Source of the DNA: an uncultured Coriobacteriia bacterium
GTDB lineage: Bacteria; Actinomycetota; Coriobacteriia; Coriobacteriales; QAMH01
Length of the DNA stretch: 64,000 nucleotides
Assembly (NCBI GenBank): GCA_948466335.1
Contig: CAOKAE010000004.1
Location: 1,342 to 65,341 of the forward strand
Reading direction: 5' to 3'
Below the pieces are notes generated by a model. The model made no database searches and had not been told where the DNA came from. It saw nothing but the letters and a program-made list of their open reading frames with translations. This document shows positions 20,001-27,934 of this stretch, piece by piece. The stretch's first letter is position 1. The number at the start of each line of letters is the position of its first letter. The position numbers and the translations under genes are program-made.

Positions 20001-20375
20001 CTTGGCCACGACATTCTGCGAGACGCCGCTTGCGCGCATCTTGGAGAGGATGGGGTTGTTGTTGTGCTCGGTGAAGTAGACGAAGAGACCGCCGGCCACG
20101 AGGATGAGGCCGATGATGAACATGGAAAGCGAGATGCCCGGCACAAAGATACCGATGCCGGAAATGACCGTACCCAGGGCCGACGCCACGTAGGCGAGCA
20201 CGTAGGGCCAACGCACGCCGGACGGCGTGGCGAACTCGTCGACGCTCACGTCCAGGCCGTCATCGGACAGCTCCTGCGCGATGTAGAGCGAGGCCTGATG
20301 CTCCTCCTCCGTGCTGACCGGTCGCGGGCCGATCTGGTCGGCCAGTACGTTCACATATTCCATGAGATCAGCCAT
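17079..20375 (-). CDS. M28 peptidase-like membrane protein split by a ~700-aa acidic low-complexity insertion
   Basis: ICAHVD, GNDNASS, INLEAVG and WHTVEDT motifs; two TM hairpins; the usual EE motif is replaced by GASGAG. Confidence 0.8.
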   Translation of the reverse strand: MADLMEYVNVLADQIGPRPVSTEEEHQASLYIAQELSDDGLDVSVDEFATPSGVRWPYVLAYVASALGTVISGIGIFVPGISLSMFIIGLILVAGGLFVYFTEHNNNPILSKMRASGVSQNVVAKYVPASMAHDSRRRKKVIICAHVDTVRAQPEASPQIIGHAPLLHKIIFYCMIGLVAVLFVRLLPLPWPEVVDTVLWVISLIASVFVLAAAACIVASRFTPYISGGNDNASSIAVLMSVARLLVNPEERERFTRDRTFRFSLGEDEEDDGEIGPVDSFAPSTGGDDVVMHSAEEAYAEGLVPEGVEVTYDADGVRDDATVAFPALSPEEQLDVLADTAAEELHLDTVSTDAFSLDDVEFEQEDAEVVPAKPGAISDMQVPDLDFNLDEEIDQANKKPVERLDDAVIFAEYMGNDDDQHDEEDLEIAADVEPADEDSEAEEAPQAVEVIEEEAEVEEERPAPAPIYVPIETPTRSHDEHPQVARPVPSWYAAAKEKAAKDLEKKAVVEPADEEAPVLSYRSRFADAPAVTGGARVQQAEVEPEEEPEVQDVLEPGQPVTEDVVDAVMAEVVETAQAEEIAAEQHEEQAAEIVEAVATAINLDIPDDQLDELSPDVSGLFTRVGAQTETSTEERAEGPRKQQLTSRIPNIGSSDDKEREERKSAHESHAARGSRPELQSIPVVDSGDDIDVEQSDVEEMAAEEVVEVTPAIEPVIPATAKAQRKKPTARHVTQQFTPTRATRSHDINWGEKRQEAPVSSTFEDTPQATPNYDDPFAPKDELRSSERSSHPRPRQRTEYSATSGYTQTSETMVSAANTSSFPSLTGSFPAISDAVPMADAGDFSDATASVIADDTALDSFMAAGQTTEINIPESRFRNAVDKVGGLFSRKGKNGNEDYDAGGDAAWSDEDDYGWKGGGYFEEEAESAFDAVRQRAAQIRESVVSMTESDLLDKEVWFVALGASGAGGQGMKNFLDLHSSELRGSLIINLEAVGAGSISYVDVEGTGKPRRADRRLMSLIKKASKEVRGTEMKAKSLDWRNTDATPAMIAGMRALTIMGFADNGVAPVDWHTVEDTANIVEEDKLEYMTRLLLKVIENS

Positions 20376-20447
20376 GTGGCTCTCCTCCAGTTACTGCAAC
20401 TACGTTAATTGGTCTATTTTATCGTAACCGCCTATAGCTTCAAAAGA

Positions 20448-21227
20448 CTACTGCAGGTGATAGCGCCCGTCCGTCTCGACGAGCGTGATGGGCACGCCGA
20501 AGAGGTGGCGCAGCTTCTGCGTCGTGAGGACCTCTTCCTTGGGGCCGTCGGCGACGATGTGCGCGTCCTGCAGCATGACCACGCGCTCGAACTCCGGCAT
20601 GATGTCGCTCACGTTGTGGGTGATGACGAGGATCGTGTGGCCCGCCTTGGCCAGTGCCGACAGCGACTGGCGCATGTTCCACGCGCCCTCGGGGTCGAGA
20701 CCAGACGTCGGCTCGTCGAAGATGAGCAGCGCGGGGCCGTTGATGAGCGCGCGGGCGATGAGAGCGCGGCGTGCCTGGCCCGTGGAGAGCGTGAGCATGT
20801 CGCGTTCGGACAGCGACGGGATGCCGATCTCGCGGATGGCCTTGCGGGCCTGCTCGACCTGCTCGTCGGAGGCGCCGATGTGGAAGGGCACGCCGACGCT
20901 GCCGAAGAAGCCGCCGAGCACGATGTCGAACACCGTGCGATGCACCATCATGCGCTCCTGCACGTCCGTGGAGACGAGGCCCACCGTCTCGATGAGCGTC
21001 TCCTCGGACGGATCGGACTGTCCCATGAAGAGCACGGGCGGCGTCTCGCGCCAGACCGGCTCGATCTCCTTGGTGAGCAGCTTGACGAGCGTCGACTTGC
21101 CCGAACCGTTGGGGCCGAGCACGACGATGTGCTCGCCCTGGTTGATGACGAAGTCGTCGACGTCGAGGATTACGCGACCATCCATCTTTACCTTTGCGTC
21201 ATGGAGACGAAGCAGTTCCTGAGTCAT
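20448..21227 (-). CDS. ABC transporter ATP-binding protein (ModF-like), no adjacent permease
   Basis: GPNGSGKS, LSTGQ signature variant, FDEPT, ITH. Confidence 0.9.
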   Translation of the reverse strand: MTQELLRLHDAKVKMDGRVILDVDDFVINQGEHIVVLGPNGSGKSTLVKLLTKEIEPVWRETPPVLFMGQSDPSEETLIETVGLVSTDVQERMMVHRTVFDIVLGGFFGSVGVPFHIGASDEQVEQARKAIREIGIPSLSERDMLTLSTGQARRALIARALINGPALLIFDEPTSGLDPEGAWNMRQSLSALAKAGHTILVITHNVSDIMPEFERVVMLQDAHIVADGPKEEVLTTQKLRHLFGVPITLVETDGRYHLQ

Positions 21228-21240
21228 GGCAGCTCCTTAG

Positions 21241-23064
21241 CTATTTGCCCAGCGCGCGGGCGCGTTCCTTCTTTCGTCCAATCTTATCGAGCGTACGCTT
21301 GCGTAGGCGTATGGACTTGGGGGTTATCTCGACGAGCTCGTCATCGGCGATGTACTCGAGGGCCTCCTCGAGGGTGAACTTGACCGGCGGCGTGAGCATG
21401 ATCGCCTTGTCGGCACTCGACGCACGCTGGTTGCCGAGCTGCTTGGTCTTGGAGACGTTCACGTCCATGTCGCCTTCCTTGGCGTTCTCGCCCACGATCA
21501 TGCCCTCGTAGCACTCGTCACCGGGCTCGACGTAGAGCGTGCCGCGCTGCTGCAGCGTGTCCAGCGCGTAGGCGACGGCCTTGTCGGAGTGCATGGCGAC
21601 CATGGCGCCGTTCTTGCGCATGCCCAGCTCGCCGCGCATGGGGCCGTACTCGGAGAAGCGGTGGCTGAAGATGGCCTCGCCGTGGCTCGCGTTGAGTATC
21701 TTGGTGCGCAGGCCCATGATGCCGCGCGTGGGGATCTTGAAGGAGAGCACCGTCTGGTCCTGGTGCGTGGTCATGTTGGTCATCTCGCCACCGGCCGTGC
21801 CGAAGAGCTCGATGATCTTGCCCGAATACTCCTCGGGCGTCTCGACCGTGGCGTCCTCGATGGGCTCCATCCGCACACCGTCGATGGTCTTGTAGAGCAC
21901 GCGGGGACGGCCGACCTGAAACTCGTAGCCCTCACGACGCATGGTCTCCATGAGCACGGAGAGGTGCAGGATGCCGCGACCGGCCACCTCGATGCCGCTC
22001 TTGTCCTCGAGCTCCTCGATGCGCATGGAGATGTTCGCCTCGCCCTCGCGCATGAGGCGCTCCTTGAGCTGACGGCCGCCCACGATGTCGCCCTCCTTGC
22101 CCACGAGCGGGCTCGAGGACGCCTCGAAGATGACCGAGAGCGTCGGCTCCTCGACCTCTATGGGATCCATCTCGACGGGATTCTCGATGTCGGTCACCAC
22201 GTCGCCCACGTCGGCGTCATCCACGCCGACGATGGCGATGATGTCGCCGGCCTGCGCGCTTTGCGCCTCCTCGCGGCCCAGGGCCTCGAAGGTGTAGAGG
22301 TGCTTGACGGTGGTCTCGTAGCGGTCGTTACCGTTGTTCTTGAGGACGAGCACCTGCTGGCCGGATTCGATGGAACCGGAGAACAGGCGGCCCGTGCCGA
22401 TGCGGCCCACGTACTCGGAGTGGTCGACTGTGCAGATCTGCATGGCGACGGGACCGTCCGGGTCGACGTTGGGCGCCGGGATGTGCTCGAGGATGGCATC
22501 GAGCAGCGGCAGCATGTCCATGTTGCCGTCGTTGGGATCGAGACGCGCGTAGCCGTTCATGGCGCTCGCGTAGACGGTCGTGAAGTCAAGCTGCTCGTCA
22601 CTTGCGCCCAGCTCGAGCATGAGCTCGAAGACCTCGTCGAGCACGTCGTCGGGGCGCGCCCCGGGACGGTCGATCTTGTTGATGACGACGATGGGCACCA
22701 GGTCGAGGTTGAGGGCGTGCTTGAGGACGAAGCGCGTCTGGGGCATGGGGCCCTCGAAGGCATCGACCAGCAGCAGGACGCCGTCGGCCATCTTGAGCAC
22801 GCGTTCGACCTCGCCGCCGAAGTCGGCGTGGCCCGGCGTGTCGATGACGTTGATCTTCACGTCCTTGTAGCGGATGGAGACGTTCTTGGAGAGGATGGTG
22901 ATGCCGCGCTCGCGCTCCTGGTCGTTGGAGTCCAGGACGCGCTCCTCGACCTGCTGGTTCTCGCGAAAGATGCCGGCGGTCTGCAGGAGGCGGTCGACGA
23001 GCGTGGTCTTGCCGTGATCGACGTGGGCGATGATGGCGATATTGCGGATGTGTTCCTGAAGCAT
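21241..23064 (-). CDS. typA: Translational GTPase TypA/BipA
   Basis: [54 protein letters not shown]. Confidence 0.98.
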   Translation of the reverse strand: MLQEHIRNIAIIAHVDHGKTTLVDRLLQTAGIFRENQQVEERVLDSNDQERERGITILSKNVSIRYKDVKINVIDTPGHADFGGEVERVLKMADGVLLLVDAFEGPMPQTRFVLKHALNLDLVPIVVINKIDRPGARPDDVLDEVFELMLELGASDEQLDFTTVYASAMNGYARLDPNDGNMDMLPLLDAILEHIPAPNVDPDGPVAMQICTVDHSEYVGRIGTGRLFSGSIESGQQVLVLKNNGNDRYETTVKHLYTFEALGREEAQSAQAGDIIAIVGVDDADVGDVVTDIENPVEMDPIEVEEPTLSVIFEASSSPLVGKEGDIVGGRQLKERLMREGEANISMRIEELEDKSGIEVAGRGILHLSVLMETMRREGYEFQVGRPRVLYKTIDGVRMEPIEDATVETPEEYSGKIIELFGTAGGEMTNMTTHQDQTVLSFKIPTRGIMGLRTKILNASHGEAIFSHRFSEYGPMRGELGMRKNGAMVAMHSDKAVAYALDTLQQRGTLYVEPGDECYEGMIVGENAKEGDMDVNVSKTKQLGNQRASSADKAIMLTPPVKFTLEEALEYIADDELVEITPKSIRLRKRTLDKIGRKKERARALGK

Positions 23065-23146
23065 GTGCGTTATCCCGTTGTCAGCTGTATTTCGTACAGC
23101 CTTGCAGGATACCACGGTTGAAAGAAGACACAAAGCTGCTTCTATT

Positions 23147-23208
23147 TGTCATTTCGACCGGAGGCGCGAAGGCCGAGATTTCTCGACTCCGCTTCGCTCG
23201 AAATGACA
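23147..23208. repeat. TGTCATTTCGA-terminated palindromic element, short copy
   Basis: 11-bp terminal inverted repeats TGTCATTTCGA/TCGAAATGACA; first 22 bp identical to the copy at 31455. Confidence 0.8.
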
Positions 23209-23211
23209 ATA

Positions 23212-23244
23212 ATGAGACAGATGTGTCTGACCAAACTGTCTCAT
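23212..23244. repeat. ATGAGACA palindrome copy R6 (33 bp)
   Basis: ATGAGACAGAT-GTGTCTGACCA-AACTGTCTCAT; overlaps the TAA stop at 23244-23246 by one base. Confidence 0.95.
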
Positions 23245-23645
23245 TAGCCGAAGAGGAGTTCTTCCTCGCCGGCGGGCAGCGGATCGCTCACCTCGATGCG
23301 ACCGTCCTCGTCGCGCTGGTAGAGCATGAAGCCGCTCCACGCGCAGTCCATGCCGCGCTCGGCGAACTCGAAAAGCAGGGCGGGCTGTCCGGAATCGGTC
23401 TCGTCAGCCTGCACGAAGCCCTGGGCGAGCAGCGCGTAGCGCGTGCAGTCCTTGCCGTATTCGCGCACCTGCTCGCGCGCGGCGCGGTAACATCCGTCGG
23501 GCGTATCGTCCTCGAAGGTCAAAAGCTCGTCATCGCAGTCCACGGCCAGCATGACCGACACCTCGTCATGGGCATCGAGCATGTCGATCGCCGTCTGGAT
23601 GAGCGCAACCGAGAGCTGGTCAAGCTCGGTCGAGATCTGCGTCAT
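23244..23645 (-). CDS. Acidic hypothetical protein
   Basis: 133-aa ORF with high GC3 and an SD-like AGGAC; overlaps the ecfA2 3' end. Confidence 0.75.
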   Translation of the reverse strand: MTQISTELDQLSVALIQTAIDMLDAHDEVSVMLAVDCDDELLTFEDDTPDGCYRAAREQVREYGKDCTRYALLAQGFVQADETDSGQPALLFEFAERGMDCAWSGFMLYQRDEDGRIEVSDPLPAGEEELLFG

Positions 23646-24492
23646 GTCCTCGTGCCTCCTCGTGTCGTGCCATGAGCGCCTCGACGAGCTGGCGCTCGTC
23701 GAGAATGGGGCCGGGCAGGGCAAGCCCGCGCTGGGCCAATTCTAGGGCAAACTTCGTGGCGCGGGGCACGTCGAGGTTGATGCGGCGAAGTTCGGCGGCG
23801 TTTTCGGACGTGAACAGCTCGGCGGGCGTCCCCTCCATGGACAAGATCCCGTGGTCGAGCACGATGATGCGCGAGCAGAGCTCGGCGACATCGTCCATGG
23901 AATGGGAGACGAGCACGATGGTGAGGCCCTGGTCGTTGAGGTCGCGCAGGTAGGTGCGGATCTCGTCCACCGTCGCCGGGTCCATGCCGGCAGCCGGCTC
24001 GTCGAGCACGAGCACGCTCGGCTCCATCGCGAGTATGCCGGCAAGCGCCACGCGACGCTGCTGGCCACCGGAAAGGTCGAAGGGGCTGCGCTCCATGATG
24101 TCCGCGTCGTCCATGCCCACCCGCTCGAGCGCGGCGCGCACCCGCTGGTCCACCTCGTCGTCCGTCAGCCCCAGGTTGCGCGGGCCGAAGGCAACGTCCT
24201 CGGCCACCGTGTTGGCGAAGAGCTGCGTCTCGGGGTACTGGAAGGCCAGCCCCACCTTCGTGCGTACGGCGCGGCGTAGCTTGCGCTCGCGCGTGTCCAG
24301 GCCATCGACGAGCACGCGACCGGCCGTGGGGACGAGCAGGGCGTTCATGAGCTGGACGAGCGTCGACTTGCCCGAGCCGGTATGCCCGATGATGCCCAGG
24401 AACTCGCCGTCCTCCACGACGAGGCTCACGTCGCTGAGGGCGACGTGCTCGTCATCGTAGGAAAAGCTCACCTGTTCGAAAGCAACTGGCAC
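23620..24492 (-). CDS. ecfA2: ECF transporter ATPase A2
   Basis: GHTGSGKST, QYPETQLF, LSGGQQRRVA, LDEP, SHSMDDV. Confidence 0.92.
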   Translation of the reverse strand: MPVAFEQVSFSYDDEHVALSDVSLVVEDGEFLGIIGHTGSGKSTLVQLMNALLVPTAGRVLVDGLDTRERKLRRAVRTKVGLAFQYPETQLFANTVAEDVAFGPRNLGLTDDEVDQRVRAALERVGMDDADIMERSPFDLSGGQQRRVALAGILAMEPSVLVLDEPAAGMDPATVDEIRTYLRDLNDQGLTIVLVSHSMDDVAELCSRIIVLDHGILSMEGTPAELFTSENAAELRRINLDVPRATKFALELAQRGLALPGPILDERQLVEALMARHEEARGHDADLDRA

Positions 24493-25319
24493 AGCTCCTC
24501 CTCCAGCCTGTCTTCGGAAAGTCCCATCCCCACCTCGAGGCCGCGGGCGCGCAGGTCCTCGGCGAGCTGAATCGAGAAGGGCAGCTCGAGGCGCAGGGCG
24601 CGCAGGGCGCGGGAATCAGTGAAGACCTCCTCGGGCGTGCCTTCGAGCGCGATGCGGCCGCCCTCGAGCACGACGACGCGATCGGCACCGAGCGCGTCTT
24701 CCATGAAATGGGTGATGAGCACGACGGTCATGCCCGCATCGTTGAGCTCGTGGGCCACGCGCGTGATGCCGCGCCTGCCACGGGCGTCGAGCATCGCACC
24801 CGGCTCGTCGAGGATGAGGATGCGCGGGCGCATGGCCAGGACGCCGGCGATGGCAATGCGCTGCTTCTGGCCGCCCGAGAGGCTCTCGACCTCGTCGAGG
24901 GCGCGATCTGACATGGCGACGGTGCTGAGCGCCTCGTCGACCCACGTGCGGATCTCGTCGGGCGCAAGCCCCAGGTTCTCCGGGCCAAAGGCGACATCGT
25001 CGCGCACGACGGAGGCGACCGCCTGGTTATCCGGATTCTGGAACACCATGCCCGCGCCCTCGCGTATGGCGAAGACGCTTGCCTCGTCGCGGGTGTCGAG
25101 CCCGCCCACCGTGACCTGCCCGCTCGTGGGCACGAGCAGGGCGTTGATGTGCTTTGCGAGCGTCGACTTGCCCGAGCCGTTGGCCCCGAGCACGGCAACG
25201 AACTGGCCGGCCTCGATATCCAGGCAGATGTCATCGAGCACGCGAGGTGCATCTGCCTTGTACGTAAACGTCACGTGCGAGAACGAGACGCTGCCCGGAG
25301 TATCGAGACCGTCGTTCAT
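24468..25319 (-). CDS. ecfA1: ECF transporter ATPase A1
   Basis: GANGSGKST, FQNPDNQ, LSGGQKQRIA, ITHFME. Confidence 0.92.
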   Translation of the reverse strand: MNDGLDTPGSVSFSHVTFTYKADAPRVLDDICLDIEAGQFVAVLGANGSGKSTLAKHINALLVPTSGQVTVGGLDTRDEASVFAIREGAGMVFQNPDNQAVASVVRDDVAFGPENLGLAPDEIRTWVDEALSTVAMSDRALDEVESLSGGQKQRIAIAGVLAMRPRILILDEPGAMLDARGRRGITRVAHELNDAGMTVVLITHFMEDALGADRVVVLEGGRIALEGTPEEVFTDSRALRALRLELPFSIQLAEDLRARGLEVGMGLSEDRLEEELCQLLSNR

Positions 25320-25325
25320 CTGCGC

Positions 25326-25907
25326 CTAATCCTTGGCCATGAGGCGCTCGACCGGCTTGTACAGCACGAAGGCGAGCACGTCGTTGATGACGATCTTGAG
25401 CGCGTTGAAGGGCAGCAGGATGGGCAGGATCATGGCAGCGACCGTCGCCACGTCCGTGCCCGTGTAGATGGGCGTGATGAGCAGGTTGCCCACGATGGCG
25501 CCGGCCAGCGAGAGAACGGAGCCCACGATGATGCCGATGAGCAGCGTCGTGCGCGTCTTCTTGGTGCGGTAGATGAGCGCCATGGGCACGATCCAGCACG
25601 CGACGGCGATGATGGTCATGAGCGAACCCCAGGGGTCACCCATGATGAGGCCGTGGATGACGGCCGAGACGATGCCCACGAGCAGGCCCGCGCCCACCCC
25701 GAAGCCGCATGCCGCGAACCCCGCGATGACGGCCGACGGGTCGTACTTCAGAAACGGCGCCGCGGGAAAGATGGGGGCCTCGATGAACGAGAGGATGAGC
25801 GAAAGCGCCGTGAACAGCGCGAGCATGACGAGCTTGCGCGTGCTCCATGCGGCCTTGCCACCTTGTTGCGGGATTGCGCTCCCGCCAGCGTGAGAGATTT
25901 CGGACAT
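25326..25907 (-). CDS. ribU: ECF S component, riboflavin transporter
   Basis: FLKYDPS and PFNALK S-component motifs, about 6 TM segments, directly downstream of an FMN riboswitch. Confidence 0.88.
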   Translation of the reverse strand: MSEISHAGGSAIPQQGGKAAWSTRKLVMLALFTALSLILSFIEAPIFPAAPFLKYDPSAVIAGFAACGFGVGAGLLVGIVSAVIHGLIMGDPWGSLMTIIAVACWIVPMALIYRTKKTRTTLLIGIIVGSVLSLAGAIVGNLLITPIYTGTDVATVAAMILPILLPFNALKIVINDVLAFVLYKPVERLMAKD

Positions 25908-25924
25908 AGGTATCCGCTCCTTTC

Positions 25925-26058
25925 TGCTCTCTCATCCGGACTGTAACCGTCGGCTCCAGACTCTCACTGGATCGGCCCTCCCAAAGGAGAGTTAGCGGGC
26001 TGCGCGGCGACCATGGCCGCTTACCGCCGGTGGGGAATTCCACCCCGCCTTGAACAGA
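25925..26058 (-). promoter_or_regulatory. FMN riboswitch (RFN element)
   Basis: Minus strand reads TTCAAGGCGGGGTGGAATTCCCCACCGGCGGT..AGCCCGC..GATCCAGTGAGAGTCTGGAGCCGACGGTTACAGTCCGGATGAGAGAG, matching the RFN consensus. Confidence 0.95.
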
Positions 26059-26127
26059 TGCAACGAACAGTATAGCCATTGCGTCTATAATGGGCGCGAC
26101 AATTTGGTAACGGCGAAAGAAGCGGAC

Positions 26128-27414
26128 ATGACTGAGTACAAGGACCTGGGCACGGACGAGATGCGCGCGCTTTATGACGCACTCGAGAAGCAGTACGAAC
26201 AGTATTGCGCCTTGGGCCTCGAACTCAACATGGCCCGTGGCAAGCCGAGCCCCGCGCAGCTCGACCTGAGCATGCCGCTGCTCGGCTGCGTGAACTCAAC
26301 GAGCGACTACCACGCCGAGGACGGCACCGACTGCCGCAACTACGGCGTGTTGGCCGGCCTGCCCGAGGCCCGCGCGCTCATCGCCGACATGCTCGACGTG
26401 ACGCCCGAGCAGGTCGTGGTGTGCGGCGCGTCGAGCCTCAACGTCATGTTCGACACCATCGCGCGCGCCTGGATCACCGGACTGGGCGGCCAGACGCCGT
26501 GGAGCCAGCTCGACAGCGTCAAGTTCATCTGCCCCGCCCCCGGCTACGACCGTCACTTCGCCATCTGCGAGCACTTCGGCATCGAGATGATTCCCATCGA
26601 GCTGGGCGAGGACGGCCCCGATGTGGCGCAGGTCGCCGAGCTCGTGGCAGATCCGGCCGTCAAGGGCATCTGGTGCGTGCCACAGTACGCCAACCCCTGC
26701 GGTTACACCTATTCGGACGAGGTCGTGCGCGGTCTTGCGGCGCTCAAGCCCGCGGCCGGCGACTTCAGGCTCTTCTGGGACAACGCCTACGTGGTCCATC
26801 ACCTCTACGACGACCCCGCGCAGCAAGACCACGTCCTCAACGTCATCGATGCCTGCGCCGAGGCGGGCAACCCCGACATGGTCTTCGAGTTCTGCTCGAC
26901 CTCGAAGGTGACGCTTCCCGGCGCGGGCATCTCGGCCTTCGTGTCGAGCGTCGCCAACGCGAACGAGATGCTTGCGGCCATGGGGGCGCAGACCATCGGC
27001 TTCGACAAGCTCAACCAGCTGCGTCACGTGCGCTTCCTGCACGATGCCGACGGCGTCGCCGCGCACATGAGCAAGCATGCCGAGCTGCTACGTCCGCGCT
27101 TCGAGACCGTGCTCGAAATCTTCGAGGAAGACCTGGGCGACACGGGCATCGGCACCTGGACCAAACCGCGTGGCGGCTACTTCATCAGCTTCACCGGCCT
27201 CGACGGTACCGCCAAGGCCACCGTGGCCAAGGCCAAGGAGGCAGGCGTGGCGCTCACGGGCGCCGGCGCGACCTGGCCCTATGGCGACGACCCCCACGAC
27301 TCCAACATCCGCATCGCCCCGAGCTACCCGAGTCTCGACGAGCTCGCGCAGGCCGCGCACATCTTCACCGTCTGCGCGCGCATGGCCGCCCTCGAGAAGC
27401 TGCTGGCGGAATAA
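26128..27414 (+). CDS. PLP-dependent aminotransferase (actinobacterial aspartate aminotransferase family)
   Basis: LNMARGKP, PGYDRHF, STSKVT (catalytic Lys), RGGYFIS, DSNIRIAPSYP. Confidence 0.92.
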   Translation: MTEYKDLGTDEMRALYDALEKQYEQYCALGLELNMARGKPSPAQLDLSMPLLGCVNSTSDYHAEDGTDCRNYGVLAGLPEARALIADMLDVTPEQVVVCGASSLNVMFDTIARAWITGLGGQTPWSQLDSVKFICPAPGYDRHFAICEHFGIEMIPIELGEDGPDVAQVAELVADPAVKGIWCVPQYANPCGYTYSDEVVRGLAALKPAAGDFRLFWDNAYVVHHLYDDPAQQDHVLNVIDACAEAGNPDMVFEFCSTSKVTLPGAGISAFVSSVANANEMLAAMGAQTIGFDKLNQLRHVRFLHDADGVAAHMSKHAELLRPRFETVLEIFEEDLGDTGIGTWTKPRGGYFISFTGLDGTAKATVAKAKEAGVALTGAGATWPYGDDPHDSNIRIAPSYPSLDELAQAAHIFTVCARMAALEKLLAE

Positions 27415-27416
27415 TA

Positions 27417-27504
27417 ATGAGACAGATTGGTCAGACCAATCTGTCTCATTATCTACAGGAACCGATATCAAATGAGACAAATGTGTCAGACACATCTGTC
27501 TCAT
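27417..27504. repeat. ATGAGACA palindrome doublet R7+R8 with 22-bp linker
   Basis: Copies at 27417-27449 and 27472-27504, between convergent genes. Confidence 0.95.
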
Positions 27505-27514
27505 TTTAGGCGGA

Positions 27515-27931
27515 CTAGCGAGCTGATGCGTACTCGATACCGGAGCGCGTCGTTGAACCGGCCGTCTCGAGCTCCCAGATCTTGGCGCCGTGCGCCTCGA
27601 CGCGGGCCTTGGCCTGCGAGTACTCGGACTCCGGGTCGTCGGCGTTGCCAAAGGCGAGCGCCTGGGTCGGGCAATCCATGACGCAGAACTGCGGCTTGTC
27701 CTCCTTCATGCGCTCGGCGCAGAAGGTGCAGCTCGGCAGGTAGATGGGCTGCCACCACATGTGCAGGTCGGGGTAGACGCCCTCGGGACGGTCGATGCCG
27801 GCCCCCGAACCATGGGTCTTCACCTCGACACGGTATTCGTCGTCTTCCAGGTGGTTGCCAACCTTGCAGCCCATCGCGCACGTCCAGCAGCCAATGCAGC
27901 GGTCAACATCGACCAACATCTTGTAAGCCAT
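27515..27931 (-). CDS. 4Fe-4S dicluster small subunit of a molybdoenzyme
   Basis: CIGCWTCAMGC and CTFC..CVMDCP motifs. Confidence 0.9.
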   Translation of the reverse strand: MAYKMLVDVDRCIGCWTCAMGCKVGNHLEDDEYRVEVKTHGSGAGIDRPEGVYPDLHMWWQPIYLPSCTFCAERMKEDKPQFCVMDCPTQALAFGNADDPESEYSQAKARVEAHGAKIWELETAGSTTRSGIEYASAR

Positions 27932-27934
27932 GAC

